From contig OZ234493.1 of assembly GCA_965153455.1 (NCBI GenBank), positions 16,358,213 to 16,422,212 of the forward strand: a stretch of 64,000 nucleotides of DNA, read 5' to 3'. The DNA comes from Sphagnum compactum. Its lineage: Eukaryota. The notes under the pieces were generated by a model that was given only the letters and a program-made list of their open reading frames with translations, did not search any database and was not told the DNA's origin. Below, in pieces: positions 12,650 to 27,709 of this stretch. Made by a program: the position numbers and the translations under genes. Position 1 is the stretch's first letter; each line of letters opens with the position of its first letter.

Positions 12650-14400
12650 TAATAACATGCAGGTCACCAAAAATCATGTAATGCAAATTGATGCAAGGTG
12701 CAAAAAGACAAGCCCAAAAATATGCCAAAATGAAGCTCATTGAGGCGTATTTAGGATTTCCCTTTGTATAGGTGTTAGTTAACCTTGGCCATAAGATCAA
12801 TTTGTTACACTTATGCAGCCTGGTAAATTGTAGTAGCCAGTGGAACAACATATTACAGTTATTAGAAAACTTTCATGCTTAGAAAAAATATTTGTCTTCT
12901 AAGGAGGCATGATTGGTGTTCAGACCGTCCACCAAATTTCATGCATGCTTGAACAACTGACACCTTAGGTGCTTGCTTCATGGGAGGTTCACCCAGCATG
13001 TGCTTGCCAAGCACAAATTGGCAACAACACGATTGCAGGAAATTCCACGAAAAGAAGTAGAATTCAAAGACACATGCCTGCTACACCTCAGACTGTGTAC
13101 TTAACTCCCTAACTAAAATACTTCTTTTCAGGCATGGATTGTGTACGGTAATCAGCCAGTCCAGCCCTCGGATTTGGGAACATACACAACCCATGGCCTT
13201 TACCCATTGTAAAGACTAAGCACAAGTTATCATGAACCTAAATATACATAGATCACAAGCTCTAAGAAGGGAAGAGTTCTTATACTTACTCCGCAATAGT
13301 CAATAGTGAGAGGGATCTTACACCTAAACCCAGGCATAATGTGCCTCATCTTTTTTAGAGGGACATTCGGGAATATACCCTCTATGTACACCAGGAAATT
13401 TCTCATAGTGCTTGATGTACATGTATTCAGTCATGCCAACCTTTGGGGGAGCAATAACCTTCAGCATAGGCAAGATTGGAAGATGTTTTCATTCATGCTT
13501 TGGCTACTGTCAAGCTCAACTCAAAGGCTTTCATTCTCTTTCCATCACTACTAAAAACAATTAGCAACAGTTAGCTGTGGTAGAGAAATGGACTAAACGA
13601 GCCAAACATGGCAAACTAGACCTTGTACCTATGCTATGATCCCCATGTGAGAACTCAAGTTGGGTCATTGTTGCCAGTTGAACTTCGTAACAAGAGCTGA
13701 TGGTATAAGGTAAAGTAAGAGGGCAAGGGCATCACCAAAATAAGGACGCATGAGGTGAGAGTCAAGGCCAAGCTCCATTTTGGCAAAAATCAGAGTGAGG
13801 GGCTCTACATTTTTCTTAAAGCCCCCAGTCAGATTGGGAGAGATAATAAGGCAACCTCCACATACACTATGAAGTTTCTGAGAAGTTTTAACAGATGATT
13901 TAAACAGTCTTTTGAGAAACTATTTCCTGGAACTATCAAATGAGGTCCAAATCTGGACACAAATTGTAGACTGTAGGTTTCAAGGATATGGTGTTCCTTG
14001 TTACCTTCTGCCACACAAGAGCCAAGTACTGGACATGTGATGAATCAGCTTTATGTTCAAGGTAGTGAGGCAACGGGAAAGATGGCAGGAAATTGGAAGT
14101 GAAATGGTGCAACCATGGCAGCAATTTGAAACAAATCTCAGTGTATTCCTTGTGTCAGAACGAAGCCAAATTGGAATTGAAATGTACAATATACCCTTCA
14201 GTCACCAACTGGACAATAAGGCATTTCGACATAAGATAAACCAACTGGACGTCTACTGGACTTGTGCACATGGGATCCATTTGTTGGGATTAGGGGGAGC
14301 CCTACCATCTCGTTGCTTATTGGCTGTGTCCAAACTGACGAGACTTTGCAGCCCTAAAGGATTATGTGGTAATACTTCCAAGGCTTGAACTTGGAACCGA
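12650..14400 (-). pseudogene. Decayed coding region of unidentified family (probably transposon-borne)
   Basis: GC content is higher than the flanks, and long protein-like minus-strand frames are broken by scattered stops and frameshifts, e.g. FLKRLFKSSVKTSQKLHSVCGGCLIISPNLTGGFKKNVEPLTLIFAKMELGLDSHLMRPYFGDALALLLYLIPSALVTKFNWQQ* and MTEYMYIKHYEKFPGVHRGYIPECPSKKDEAHYAWV*. No family recognised; boundaries approximate. Confidence 0.45.
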
Positions 14401-16346
14401 TATGTGGACAAGAACTGGAGACTTATACTCCTTCAGCCACTTTTCTTATAAATTCATTATGCAATCAAACTACCCGTCCATGTTGCATAGTTTTCAGCAC
14501 TTTTTGCATGGAGAAAGGATCTGCTTGAAATAGGGTTCTTGAATTTTTGGGATTTCATCGTAATCCAATAAAATTGACAAGAGGGAGGCCAACCCTTTGA
14601 TGGATAGCATGGTGTAATAGAAAATTATGGATGGGAGATTTTAAGGTTTGGACAGGATCATCCCAATCTGATTCATGGCACCAAAAACTATCTATTGTTT
14701 TGTCATCTTGACATTCACAAAAAGGTTTCCGAGGGGAAGCCTTGAGGTGGTGGTAAGTTCATTGTTAATTCTACACAAAAGTTTAAGGATTAGTATAATG
14801 GTTGTTGTTTTATTATTGAATGGAGGAGAACGATGCAAGTTGTGGAGCATGGGAGTGGAATGACTATAAGGAGGCACAAATTTTGGAAGCTAAGTACCGG
14901 TTCTGATTATGTGTGTGATGTGTGTGTAGTTGATGTTTGAGAATTTGCTTTGTGTTGAAGGGAAAAATGCCAAAAAGTAGGTGTTGGTGATTAACTTTTT
15001 GGAAGGTAGATTTTGTTCTTTCTGTTGTGCATTTGACCTTGCAGAAAGGATGCATTTACGTAGATAGGTCAATGATCAAGACGATGATGCAAATTCTAAA
15101 GGTTTTGTGAGCAACCATTGGCAAGGGAGCATCTTGGGTGATCATTGTGGTGGGGCTAATGATTGTTGTGTGTGAAGGAAAAGCGTACCCATTAAGTTGG
15201 GACCTCCGAATGTGTGCCTACAATATTCAATTAGGTTGTCAAGTTTACTTCAGTGAATGTGATGGCAACATTTGTCAAACTTCCTTGGTCTACTTGGTAA
15301 AATAAGTGGGGATTCAACGTTCTATAGTTGGGCTCCTATGTTTTCTAGGGGTGTAATTGGGTGATAGAATTGCATTTGTTGTTAGTGATTGGGATGGCAA
15401 TTGTGTGGGTAAATCTAATTTTCTTTCTCAAAAGTTGTTGTTGATTGGTTGTATTAACATCGTGGGAAGCTCCATACATGCCAACTTGGTCAGTTGAAAC
15501 TCGAAAGAGAGAAACCGGAGAGGCCTAACCCATGTAGACCTAGTTCTAGTGCAGTGATGACATTAGGACATAAAGATTTCATGGAATTGTAACATTGAGA
15601 GTTTGTTGGATCAATTCATGAATGTGTAAACTCCATGTGTATAATTATTGTAGATTGTTGATGCATATTTAGTGTGATCTTTGGGAGCTTACTAAGCCCC
15701 TTTTTTGTGGTTACAATGGATCATTCATTGCCTTGTTTGAAGGATGGCATGGGATCCCTCATTGCCTTGTGTGATGGTGAAGATCTTGTCATTGGCATCA
15801 CACAATGTACACTAGGATTTGTGTCCACATCTCGGTTGCAACAATTCTCACTCAATCTCCATCACTAGCCAAGAACAAAGTTTCCTCTCGTTGTTATCAT
15901 CTTTATCCGTGTTGCATTTGGTTTTTCACCCTTTCCAGTTTCCTACATTCCAATTTCCAATGCCACCATCGCCACCTCTTAGAGTTGTTGCATTTTGAAC
16001 TTGTGTTTTGTTTATGATTGAAGGTTGGCACCTTCAAATAAACTTGAGAGTTGAAATTCAACACTTGGGGATATGTTGATGTTTGGCACAATTTCAACAA
16101 CTCTTTGTTTCGTCATTACATAAAATCTTCAATTGAATGAAAAAGTGGCATTCCAATTTACAATTAAACTCAAATTGATTTCAATTATTTGCATAATTGA
16201 CACTTGTTTGCATAGAGGTTTTACTTGTTTCTGTGTATATGCATGTGTTATGACCAGTCCTTCAATAAACACCTCAAAAATGCACAAAGCTAAGTAAGGT
16301 GATAAAGCCATGAAGTAAAACTCACTATTACAAAATGTGGGTGCAG

Positions 16347-16427
16347 TTCACTAGTCCCCATTCACTAGACCAGTGAATTCACTGCTTCTTCACTGGTCCC
16401 CGTTCACTACAACCAGTGAATTCACTC
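16347..16427. repeat. Two-copy ~42 bp repeat containing palindrome CAGTGAATTCACTG
   Basis: TTCACT(A/G)GTCCCC(A/G)TTCACTA..CCAGTGAATTCACT occurs twice; perfect 14-bp palindrome at 16371-16384. Confidence 0.75.
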
Positions 16428-17699
16428 AAAATTCAATGAAATCACTTGGCGTACAAGGACACTGATTTTTTTTAATGACACTTGAGAAACATAAAGATGA
16501 AATGGATTTCAATCTTAAGGTCAAGGCAAAATAAAATGTATCGTAAACTTATCATGTTTACAAATAATCCAAATAAATTGAAAGAAACATTGAAACCCAT
16601 TGTAAAATTATTATACACTTAATTTTTTACTCAAATGATTAAAATATGTTTTTTTTAAATTATTGTGTATTGAATATCAATTTTCAACTTATTTCAATAA
16701 AGTTATTACCTATTTGTTTGAACTGCAAGTAGTTTTTCAATTTACCTTCTGTAATGTGAACTATTTTTAAATACATGTAAAGCAAGGAAAAAATAGGTTT
16801 CAACAAATAGAAAATAATTTTCAACTTAAAATTAAAAAGAAATTGTCTTTATGTCCTAAATCCTTACAAACACATAATCAATTGAAAATTTTGTGTTTAA
16901 AAAACCCCCAAACCTACATTTTTCATCTTCTTGAGGAAGTTTTTAGATTTTCATTAAAATTAACTTAACTTTACCTTTTTCAAGATTTTTTTTATAATTT
17001 TAATTAAAATTCCATGGATTATTTTTTATTGTCCTTAAATAAATTTTGATATTATTTGCATGTTTTTATATGCGTGACATAATGAAAATTGCAAACTATA
17101 ATAAATATGTTTATGTTTTGACATTTTAAAGTTATGATAATCATTCCAAGTTGTGTTCAATGACAAAATTAATTCAATTTTATGTTTTGGTTTTATTTTT
17201 TACAAATTGAATTTGGATAGCTATATTGTCAAATAATGTTCATTTTGTAAAAGGCCCTTTGATTACAAACCAGTTGATAGTAGAAAACAATTGGGTGATA
17301 AGAAATTATAAATTAGATTTTAAAATTGTAGTTTGAATTTTCATTAATACATTTCCATTTTAAATATATGTTGAAATTCAGAAGTTTTTGCAACATGTAA
17401 ATGGGGTACAATGTAAATGATGTACAAAGTAAAGTTATAATTTACAATAAAAAAGATAATTGAACCATGAAGTAATGAACATATTTTAATATGTTTTGGA
17501 TTCTGATCGTGTTTCATATGAAACATGAAAAACTTTTACATTTTCCAAAATTTGAATATATATTCAACATTGGTTAATACACCACTAGTGAGTTATTGGG
17601 CCAATGACCAACATATATAACATTGAGTTGCAAAAAATTTCATTCCCAAATTTCATTATATGAAAATATGATTTTTGGGCAAAGATCATTCAATCCTTT

Positions 17700-18600
17700 T
17701 AGTAAGTAATATCTTTGGCTCCTATTTTTTAAAAATCACTTTTGATTTCAACTTTATGAAGTTATGTCAAGTTGATATTTATGCCATGTGGACCCTATTT
17801 ATAATAATATTTAGTTGACTAGTTTTGAAGCTTTGAAGACTTGTCTTGATGTGGTAGTGAGGCACTTTGTACAATGTGGTGAACCAAGCCACCAATTAAT
17901 TTTGAATGGAATATGCTATTTTTTGTTGCATCCAATACCTCTACACATTGCACAAGACTTATAAGTGCAATGGTGGGGTGTCAATAATCACCAAGAACAA
18001 TTGGGCAATTGTGGGTGAAAGTGTCAAAGATCAATCTACTTTAATTGGATAAGGTTTGATTATAGAGCTTGAAAATCAAATCATAACTCAAGAAGTGATG
18101 AATGTCACCAACAACATTTATCTTCAATATTGGCCACAACCAAAAGTTGCACCTTGACATATTATAGCCATTTGATTATTCTAAACTCATATTATTGTTA
18201 CTAGAAGACCATTAAGCCAAATGGTGATTCATATGGTTCATTGTTGGATGAGTTTTTACATGATTAGTAATCCTTTGTTTGTGTTTGCACTATGCACAAT
18301 CTAATATTGTTGAGCTACCATCCATCCCCCCCATAATTACCAATCTACCATTCTAATATGGGGGTTGTATGGCTAGTAGTCAAATATTTTTAAATAAGTT
18401 ATCTAGATATAATAAAACTTGTTGAGCTTGCACCAACGGTTGTGTTAAGGAATGTTGAGGATCAACACATTCTCTACCCAAATAACTTGATGAAATCTAA
18501 GCTAAGGAATTGATTGACAACTCATCTTCATATAATTGTTACAATATAGGCACAAAACTTCTTTACTCTTGGAAAATTCCCATTGCCATAACAAAATCAA
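17700..18600 (+). mobile_element. Degenerate hAT-superfamily (ZNF862-like) transposase C-terminal relic
   Basis: Plus-strand remnants LIIELENQIITQEVMNVTNNIYLQYWPQPK and IKLVELAPTVVLRNVEDQHILYPNNLMKSKLRN*LTTHLHIIVTI*AQNFFTLGKFP resemble the hAT dimerisation region (..SVEDERxFS..MKSKLRNRL..HL..). Confidence 0.7.
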
Positions 18601-21600
18601 ACAAAACATAGGTTCATAGTGGATTGAATTTCCTTAAAATATGTCAATTAATTGTAAGTAATAAAAAATAGTAAATGTTAATGTTCAATGTTAGTATATT
18701 CAATACAATGATTTGATGATTCAATGAACTTTTCATAATGGACTGTTTAAGGTATATGTATGACCATGGATTGGGCATCCCCTCCATATCCACTTATGTA
18801 AAGGTTTCTAGGTTAGTTTATAACAAATCCATGGAAAACATAGCACCAAGAAAATAATAAGGGGAAATCAAGTATGCTTTCCAAGGAAATATTAAATTCA
18901 AAACTTAAATTCAAAACAAACTAGAATGAACAATATGTCATAATGAAGGCATGAAGGTAATTACTTTCCAACCACCCCCTTGTACCTCTGCAACAAAATA
19001 CTCCAAAAGACAAATTACATTCAACCTAATGTTAGTACCATCCTCCATGACCATTGTCCTATTCATGTGTGTTGTAATTCTACCTTCTACTACTTGCTAC
19101 CATATTTTGAACACTATAACTATCATCTAGTGGCTTTTATAAATAAACAAAGATGAAGGAACAAAAATAACAAATAACTAGGGCAAACCCATCTTGGTCA
19201 GTACCACTAAAAACAACCTCACCAAAATCCAAGGAAAGGAGAATTTAATCTAATTAAAATTTTAAATTTTAAACTTTCTAAAGTGTCATTTTCATTGTTG
19301 ACTTGCACCACTTGGGCTTTGTGTTCCCCACCTATGTACACACAATGGAGACATTTACATAAACTACATAAATAAGAAATTTGTGTTCCTAACATCTGTT
19401 CATAGAATTCCTAACCCCTTATCATTAAGTGTCAAATGATACCATTGTAAAAAAAAAAAAATCGTTTTGGTTTATCAACTATAGTCACTAGGGTGTGGCT
19501 TCAATAGTTGATTGAAACAAAAAACAATGGGAATTACCACAAATTTGTAAACATGCCCCTTTAAAACCTCCTAGTCTTAACCTTCAAAAATAGCTCAAAA
19601 ATTTGTGATTGCTCCAATCCACTATTTATTAATCAAATGAAAAAAAGGACCATGTTAGGCCCTCCTAGAAATTAAAAGCATTCAAAAAGGTGAAAAACAA
19701 AGGAACTTGAAATGTTACTTTCTTGAAAGCTTTTCCTTGACCATTCTTTGAAGTTTCAAATTTTAAACAACTTTGGTAATCTTTTGATATAGAATTTGAA
19801 GTGAAAGTTCTTCTTTAAACAAGTCCTATGTTGTCTTTACGTTGGATGGGTTTGAATAAATTGGGGTGCATTCCTAATGGTACCACCCAAAAATGGGTTT
19901 GCCCCTTGAATATTTTACATCAAAAAAATTATATTCATTTTTTTCCCGAAAAAGAAAAAAAAAAAACATAGAAAAATTTATAGGTAAAAACTAACACACA
20001 CTGTTTCCTTAAAATACCACACTTATACATTGCCAACAAGAATACACCATCATCCTACCTTTTGTCCCTCCTCCAAGAATCATCCTGAAACTATGAACTA
20101 GATGATTAAAAAAAAATCAAAATGGAATGAAGAACCCCCACAATGTCCCCACACCCCATAAGCCAAAAGGGCATCTCGTCCCCTCTTACAATTTAAGCCC
20201 CTCTATTCAAAACTCTTTCCCAAATTCCTAGTTAGTTAGCAAACTAATTACCAACTATCTTATCCTCAAGGACTAACCATCCCAAGTAATTGCATCTCCT
20301 AGTAAATAAAAAACGGTAAGTGTAAACCTACCACTAGTAAATAGGAAATTACAAGGCTGCCCATTAGGATAATTATATTAGGAGATTTGTTCCACTAACA
20401 ATATCTTTTATTCACATGATTTTTCAAGGTATCAAGTTTCAATTACAAAGGTTAGATTTTTTTTCTATCATTAACTATAGTTTTGAAATCAAAGTTTTAA
20501 AATTTAAGTTGGTTATGTTCTACATTTGGTAGGAAACTAAATCTTTTGGTTAGTTATTGTTGGTTTTGGTGGGTGAAAACAATTTGGAGACCCAACACAA
20601 GTAAGTTGTAATACCACACCTCTTGGAAGTTGCCAATCAATGGGGTTGGTAATAATCTTGTTTTCATAATTGTTAGCTTAATTATCATCTATGTTTGTAG
20701 TGTGTTTGAATTTTTTAAAACACATTGATCAAGATTTCAAGATCAATATTTGAAATTTTGACTTAATTCGCAATTTCAATTAATTCAAATTCTTTGTGGG
20801 CAACCTACAAATGGGTGTTAGCTTTTGAATGTTTGTTGTGAATAGACCTTAGACTTTGGATGCAAGTAGGGAGGTTCTCAAGTTTGTAGGCAAAACACAC
20901 AACATCAAGAGCAAATATCACAACGTTAGGTTTTTCAATGACATGTGTTTCGTGTAGGTGTTAAGATCTTATTGTGTAGTTAATGTGGGATCATTGACTT
21001 TTGTGATTACAAGTGCACTTTAAGGGCCAAATGGACTTGTAGCCATTTTTATAAAAAAAATGATTTACTAATCCTCACATTATTTTTAAAAAATGGTGTG
21101 ATGTTTTGAAGACAATGTCTATTGTTGTTGATTTTGAAAATGTTAGAAACCAAATTCAAAGACGACCACATAAATTATACTAAGTTGCCTTTATATAATC
21201 CACATTGTTTTCTTATCAATTGTTGATGCCTTCATATTTTTTTGTCTTTGAAATTTTTATTCTTTGCAATTTGTTATTGTTAGTTGTTATGTGCAAGTTG
21301 CAATGCTCATCTACACAATTCGCATTTATTAGGATTTTGTCTTGCATTTCATTTTCACATTATAGCTCATTTGCACAATTCACATTTGCAAACATTTTTC
21401 TTTAAACTTAAAGAACAAAACTTTTCTATACTTATCACATGAATATTGTCATATGCTTTGAATTTTTGGTTTAGATAATCAATGTCTTGTTAAGTCTGAA
21501 AAAGGCACATAACCATATTAACAATACACCATTTTGGAAGATTGCCACATAAACCTAGTTAGCATAAAAAGGTGAGGTCAACTTACCAACATTGAGGAAA

Positions 21601-22659
21601 GCAAAAATAAAAATATTGACACTTAAAATTTTATCCTTAAAATAATCCTTACACTAAAAGAAAATGGGATTTAATGATTAATCCTTGCAACTAAGTTTTA
21701 GTTGCATACATAACATTTACAATTAAGATGTCATTAATCATGTTGGACAAGTCACATACGACCATAGTCACAAACAGCATGATCTTTGGATGGAAAATAT
21801 AAATCAACAAAATACATTTTCATATTTGATTGATTTCATTTGTGTTATCATTTATGACTAAACATGTGACTAATTTGGTCAACACTAACAACAAGTGATG
21901 TGTTGTCATCTAGCACCATTTAAAATGTAATTTCAATGTTTTTGAAAAAATCCACATCATCCACTTTGGATCATTTTAGATCACGACACATGACACCATT
22001 TAAAAATTGCCACATGGCATATTACTTGAGTCCATTATTTTAAATCAATAATTTGGTGACACATGGCACATTTAAACCAATTTAATATTTAGTATTTTAA
22101 AGTGCAAATAGGACATCATGAACCACACTTACCCCCTTGGGTGATTACTTATTAATGTTTATTTTAGAATACTCTTGGAATATTTTGAACAAAAGTTTTA
22201 AGAAAAATCTTTAAAATTTTCATCACACTGTTATATTCTGGTTTACATCAAAAATTTATTAAAAACTGTCATTGTTCAAAAAATTCAAGTCCATTTACAA
22301 GTCTTTTTACTACATAATACATAAGAACACATTTTGGGTTTTGCAACTGGCTTTTACAATTACATATTATTTAGAAAAGACATATGCAACTAATGACTAA
22401 TGAGTTGTTAAACCCATGTCATTTCATTCATTTAGTCACAAAGGATGTTCAATTGCAAAGCCTAGTTGTTTTAACGATTAGGATTTAAATTGTTTTTAAT
22501 AATAATTACATTCCATGTCATCAGTAACCTTGGTATGACATGTAAAGTGCAAGCCATCCCAACAAAGTCATTTTATTTTATTAAATGTTACAAAAGACAC
22601 CTTGATAAATGGATGACATGTGTTAAAAATTTATAAACACATTATGAATCATTGCACAT

Positions 22660-23500
22660 GACCTAAGTCAACCTACTTTAGCCCATGTAGTTAGCATAGC
22701 CAAAAGTCAACCTAGCCTAGCTAGGTAAGGTTAAGCAACCTAACCTAGTTCGCTTAACAAAAATTTAATCTAGTTTAACTTAGTTAGGCTAGCTATCTAT
22801 GTTAAACAACCTAGGCTAGGTGGCCTAAAATAAAACAAATGTCGACCTAGCCCAAGAAACCTAAACTAAGCTACCAAACTTAAGCCAAATGGCCTAAGTA
22901 TCATAGGTTACAAGAGTGAGGACTTTAACCCCTCACCTTCATTTTGGGGTTCAAATCCTCATCCATTACATTACCACATTTTTTTATACTAATTCTATTT
23001 AACACAAAGTTATAAAGCTCAAAAAAATTTATCTTGAATTAACATTGGCCACCCTAGGTCAACCTACCTACTATTTATCAACCTAGCCTAGAGCTCCCTA
23101 CGTTGATTGAAAATGAACTAGTTTGTCAACCTATATCACTACTTATTAACCTAGCCTAGTTTAACCTAGGCATTTCTAGGCTAAAAAAAGACCTAGGATA
23201 ATTATGTTGCATCTAGTCACATCTAATCACATCATAGTCGCATCTAGTTGCATAAATTTGAGGTGGTTACAAACTTGATAAAATATTTTGTAATGAAGCT
23301 ACCTAGGTTGACTTGGCAAAAAACCTAAAATTAGGAACCTATGCAAGCCTACCTAGGTTAACCTATTAGTAGGGTAACCTATTATAGGCATATTTAAACA
23401 GACTAGAAGTAATAAATTTCTTATGTTTAATTAAATAACTTACAAGGTAGCCTATATTACAAACTAGGTTTTTACTAAATAGCCTACATACATAAATTAA
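22660..23500. repeat. ACCTAG/CTAGGT-rich degenerate repeat tract (transposon subterminal-like)
   Basis: Dense short motifs AACCTAG, CTAGGT and GCCTAG in both orientations; no ORF. Confidence 0.55.
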
Positions 23501-26500
23501 CTTAATAAGTATGTTAACCTTAAGCTAATGTTTCGTAATAAAAAAATTAATGAGTTATGTGTCACCTTTTTCAAAATTACTATTAATATTATAATCATAA
23601 TTATAAATTAACAATAAATTGTTTAGTACACATACACATGCATGTGAATTCATGACTTCAAAAACCTTATGGAACACAAAAAATTATGGCATGTCATGAC
23701 AAATATTGATGCCATAAATTCAAAACACACAAAAATTTATGGTGTCACAATAAATCATGGATTATTATGAAATTTTGGGAAACCTTGTTGCCAAACAACA
23801 TGTTATGTCATCATCACATGGATGATTTAGATGTTATTAATTGCAAAGGATAACAATATTTTCAACTAGCTAATACATGAAATTAACTCATGAAATCATT
23901 GACATGAATCATGATATGAAGTTAATGTCACAAGTCATGAGTTGTTGCAACTAATAGTCAACCTCATTGCCATGTGGCATGCCACATCAACATCACACGA
24001 CCATAAGTTGTTGTTATTCACCAAAAGTTGCAAGAATCAATGGAATTTTGTTATTACCTAATTTTGGATGATTAAAAATACATTAAAAATTCATTTTTGA
24101 AAATTTAAAATTTGTGTAAAAATCATCAAGTCATGATATTGACTATAGTCGCAAAACCACAATGCCACATGGCACCGCAATTTCCTTTACAACTACACAG
24201 TCATTAACATGAACTTGTAGTTACAATTGTAATATAAGAAAAAAATATAACTATTTTATTAACTGGTTATAAAACCCAAGATGTGTTGTTATGAAAGCAT
24301 TAGTTACAATGCTTTCAAAATGTTATTGGGTATTTTTCATTCATTAAATTGATTTCAAACTTTTGGAGTATATATACCAATACGTTGAAAATAACATTAT
24401 GTGAAAGCAATTCCATTTGGAGTTCTTTAATTTTTTCCAAGTATTTGGTTAGATATACAAAACCAAACACTAATTACAATTGCTTGTGTAGGCATTAGTG
24501 TGACTACAACCTTTAATTAATTTATTAAATTTGGACTGTTCAATTTAAGGTCAATAGGACGTTGACATTTGACATTTATGTAAATAGGTAAGTATGTAGG
24601 CCTAGGCTAGTTAGGTAGATTTAAAATAATCTTATTATATTCTAGGTTTAACTTTCAAAATTGAACCTACTTTAGTAGCCCATCCATTAAATGACACTTT
24701 GATTTTGAATATTTTTAGCACACCTCCTTATACTTCACATTAGAAGAATGGAAAACAAAAAACTATTAGTTAAACATTTGAATTGCAAATACCAACTACT
24801 TTCTAATACTTGTGTTATATTATATTATTTTACGTATTAACTATACTAAATATTATACATAATAACTATATTATAATTTAAACATTTATAATACAAATTT
24901 GATATACTAAAAAATATACATATACATATTTATTTATGATTGATATATTTTAGTATGCTTTAAATATGATTTACTTATGATATTAATACATGCATTATAA
25001 ATATTCCCATTATACACTTGTACATCTTAGTATGCCCTTAAGCTATCAATATTTCATAAAGAAATGTACATTGGATAATTTGCTAAATGTCACATTGCAA
25101 CAATTTAGCTAATGTAAAATTTGGATTTTGAAATGCCACTGTTGAACGACCTAACAATGTTTTTCCTTACTAACACCATCTTTTCAGTTTTTGGAGATAA
25201 GGATAGCTTGAATGTTGGAAACGTAATCTTGACCTTCAAATTGAAAAAAGCCAAAACTTCTTGAACATATTGTTCTCCCTTTAGATGACACTCTTCCTCC
25301 CCACTTCACATTTTTAGCTCTTCCTTTGTGTTTGTTGTTAGTGAAAGCTTTCTAGACCTCTCACCTAAACGTCACAACACACTTTTATGATTCATTCCCT
25401 TGTCTATTTACACATTCTCACACCATGCTTCGATGTCTCCATGTTCACACAAAAAAAACACACACAAAAGAAGATGAAAGCTTGCACTAGTTCCTTCACG
25501 CATACATGACAAAAAAGTGGAATGAAGAACCACATTAGTTTTGGCACTAGTTTTGATGCAAAAACTAATTTCATCCCTTGTTATTTTTGTTTTGTAAAAG
25601 TTTCATACCTTGTTACAAGGTTGGTCTTCAATTATGCCAAAACTGGCCAATCTGACCCCCTAACCAGGGGACTTTATGGATAACTTTACCAACTGAACAC
25701 CAATGCAATTTCCCACATCCTCCTAACGGTCAAAAGCACGCACGTGAATGGGTATTACTTGGAGGGATACCCATATGGTACCCGCCGGGTATCACAGTAA
25801 GTCTTTTAATAGAAAAAAATGACCGTCATTTCAAACTTTGTACTTTGTTGTACACAAATGCACCCTGCAAGTAGGTTGTTAGTTGGTAGTTAAAAAAGCA
25901 AGTGAGTTAACCACCATGGTTAGCCAGCCAACTCATGGAACCCAACAGAAAACTGTTTTGTAACTACTTACCATCCACCTTTCATTGTGCCTGGTGGCCT
26001 GTGGGTGCTGGTTCACTCTGGCTGATGCCAAGCATGCCTAATATACCCGCACCGCCCCCCCCACACACACAAAGACAGGTCGTTACAGGTAGAGAATATT
26101 TGGCTCCAAAAGAGGCACTATCACTGACTTGCAGCCTCTTTTTTTATATAGGCGAAAATTTGCCAAAAAGAGAAATTAAAAATTTGGAAATGAAGTGATT
26201 TTTTGGAGGTTTTTAATGGCCAGATGTGAGAGAAAAGTCTCCAGATTTCAATAGGTATTTATTTGGTTTTAAAAGTGCGTAGCCAAAAATATATAAAGAT
26301 GTCTAAAGATTTGTACTTCATATCTGATTTATAGCCATATTTGGCTAAATTTTCATAAGGATGATCTCCACTTTTTTGTACATCTTCCTAGGAATGATCA
26401 CCACTTTGGCTACAAACAAAATTTCCTAAAGAAAACACTGTCACTATTATGGGGAATGCATATTGAAACCTAATTCAAACTTTGTACCCAAAAAAAAACC

Positions 26501-27298
26501 CCAAAACAAGAGGATGTCTCCAAGTAATATAGTAAGCACAGGGGCAGCTTCAGCACGTCTCCCCCTAATAATTAATTTAAATCAAATTTTTGATTCGGAA
26601 AATAGAAGTTTCTGAGTTTTTTTTTCAAAAATTGTTTCTCTCCCAAAAAACAGTTCTTTGAGAAAAGTAATTTTTGAAACTTTCAGCATTTCTAAAGGTA
26701 TATAATTTCAGCCGAAGCCCCCAAAGCCCCCAAGGCACTATGATAATATGGTAAATGAAAATATCATTACCCTATTGTGACACACTGGTACTCCCTATCT
26801 TTTGCACATGAAAATCTTCATGTTGCACATTGGTGTTTCCTATCCTTGCAAAAGAGCACTTGGGTTGTTGTAAATGACATAGTAATATTGGGTATAAAGT
26901 GTGCAAGGGTAAGGTCTTGGGTTGCATGATCGAGTGTGGTAATAGGATTTTTGGTGTGGAACAAGGTGTGCAATAGGGGGTAAATTTTGTAACATACCAA
27001 AATCAATCATGGACCAAATACAAGGAGGTTTTGGTATGAAAGTGATTCATAAGGCATTTGGTGAAGGGCAGAATGGGGCTCAACTGCTCACACAAACCCT
27101 TTTTCTGGCGATGCCCTCCAGCAAAAGCCTTGTTGTGCATAAAACTCCACCATTTTTTATAATTTGTTTTGTGGTACCCCACAAGGGTACCTAGTAGGCA
27201 TGTTTTGAAAAACAAAAAATTCCTCCACAAAGTAAGAGAATTATTACTCTTTATAATGTGTCTTGCTACAACACTAGAAAATCAACAGCAGGGCTTTA

Positions 27299-27649
27299 GA
27301 GCATCTCCACCGGTGCTCAATATGTGATTCCAGACAGTAAAACTTATTGTGAAAAAGTCAAAATGTGCCGGTTTAGCTCAGGAAATTGGTTTTTCTGCGC
27401 CAATTTTGTGCACCTTGCCATGGCTGGTAAAAGGCGCACCACAGTTCTGCATCTCCAAAAAATAGTGTAATAAATTGGACTGATATATAGGCGCAACTGA
27501 TTGGTCCAGATGGTTTGCTATTAGTAGTTCCCATGCATATGCAGTTCCAGTTCCTGTTTTATGGTGGGGTTACCCAAAAAAAAAAAACTAAACTTAGAAG
27601 TTTAATTTTATTATCCAGAGTGACATAGTGAGCACCAGTGGAGATGCAC
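27299..27649. mobile_element. Tourist-like MITE, 351 bp
   Basis: TIRs GAGCATCTCCACCGGTGCTCA and TGAGCACCAGTGGAGATGCAC (classic GAGCATCTCCA end); TTA TSD at 27296-27298 and 27650-27652. Confidence 0.9.
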
Positions 27650-27709
27650 TTATGTTCAAAAAGGATTCGATAGCATCAAATATTAGGACAAGGCTAGTAT
27701 GAAAAAAAC

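Noticed and set aside
13238..13289. Intron within the decayed minus-strand relic
   Set aside because: Only 52 nt, and splicing it gives an immediate in-frame stop, so it is unsupported.
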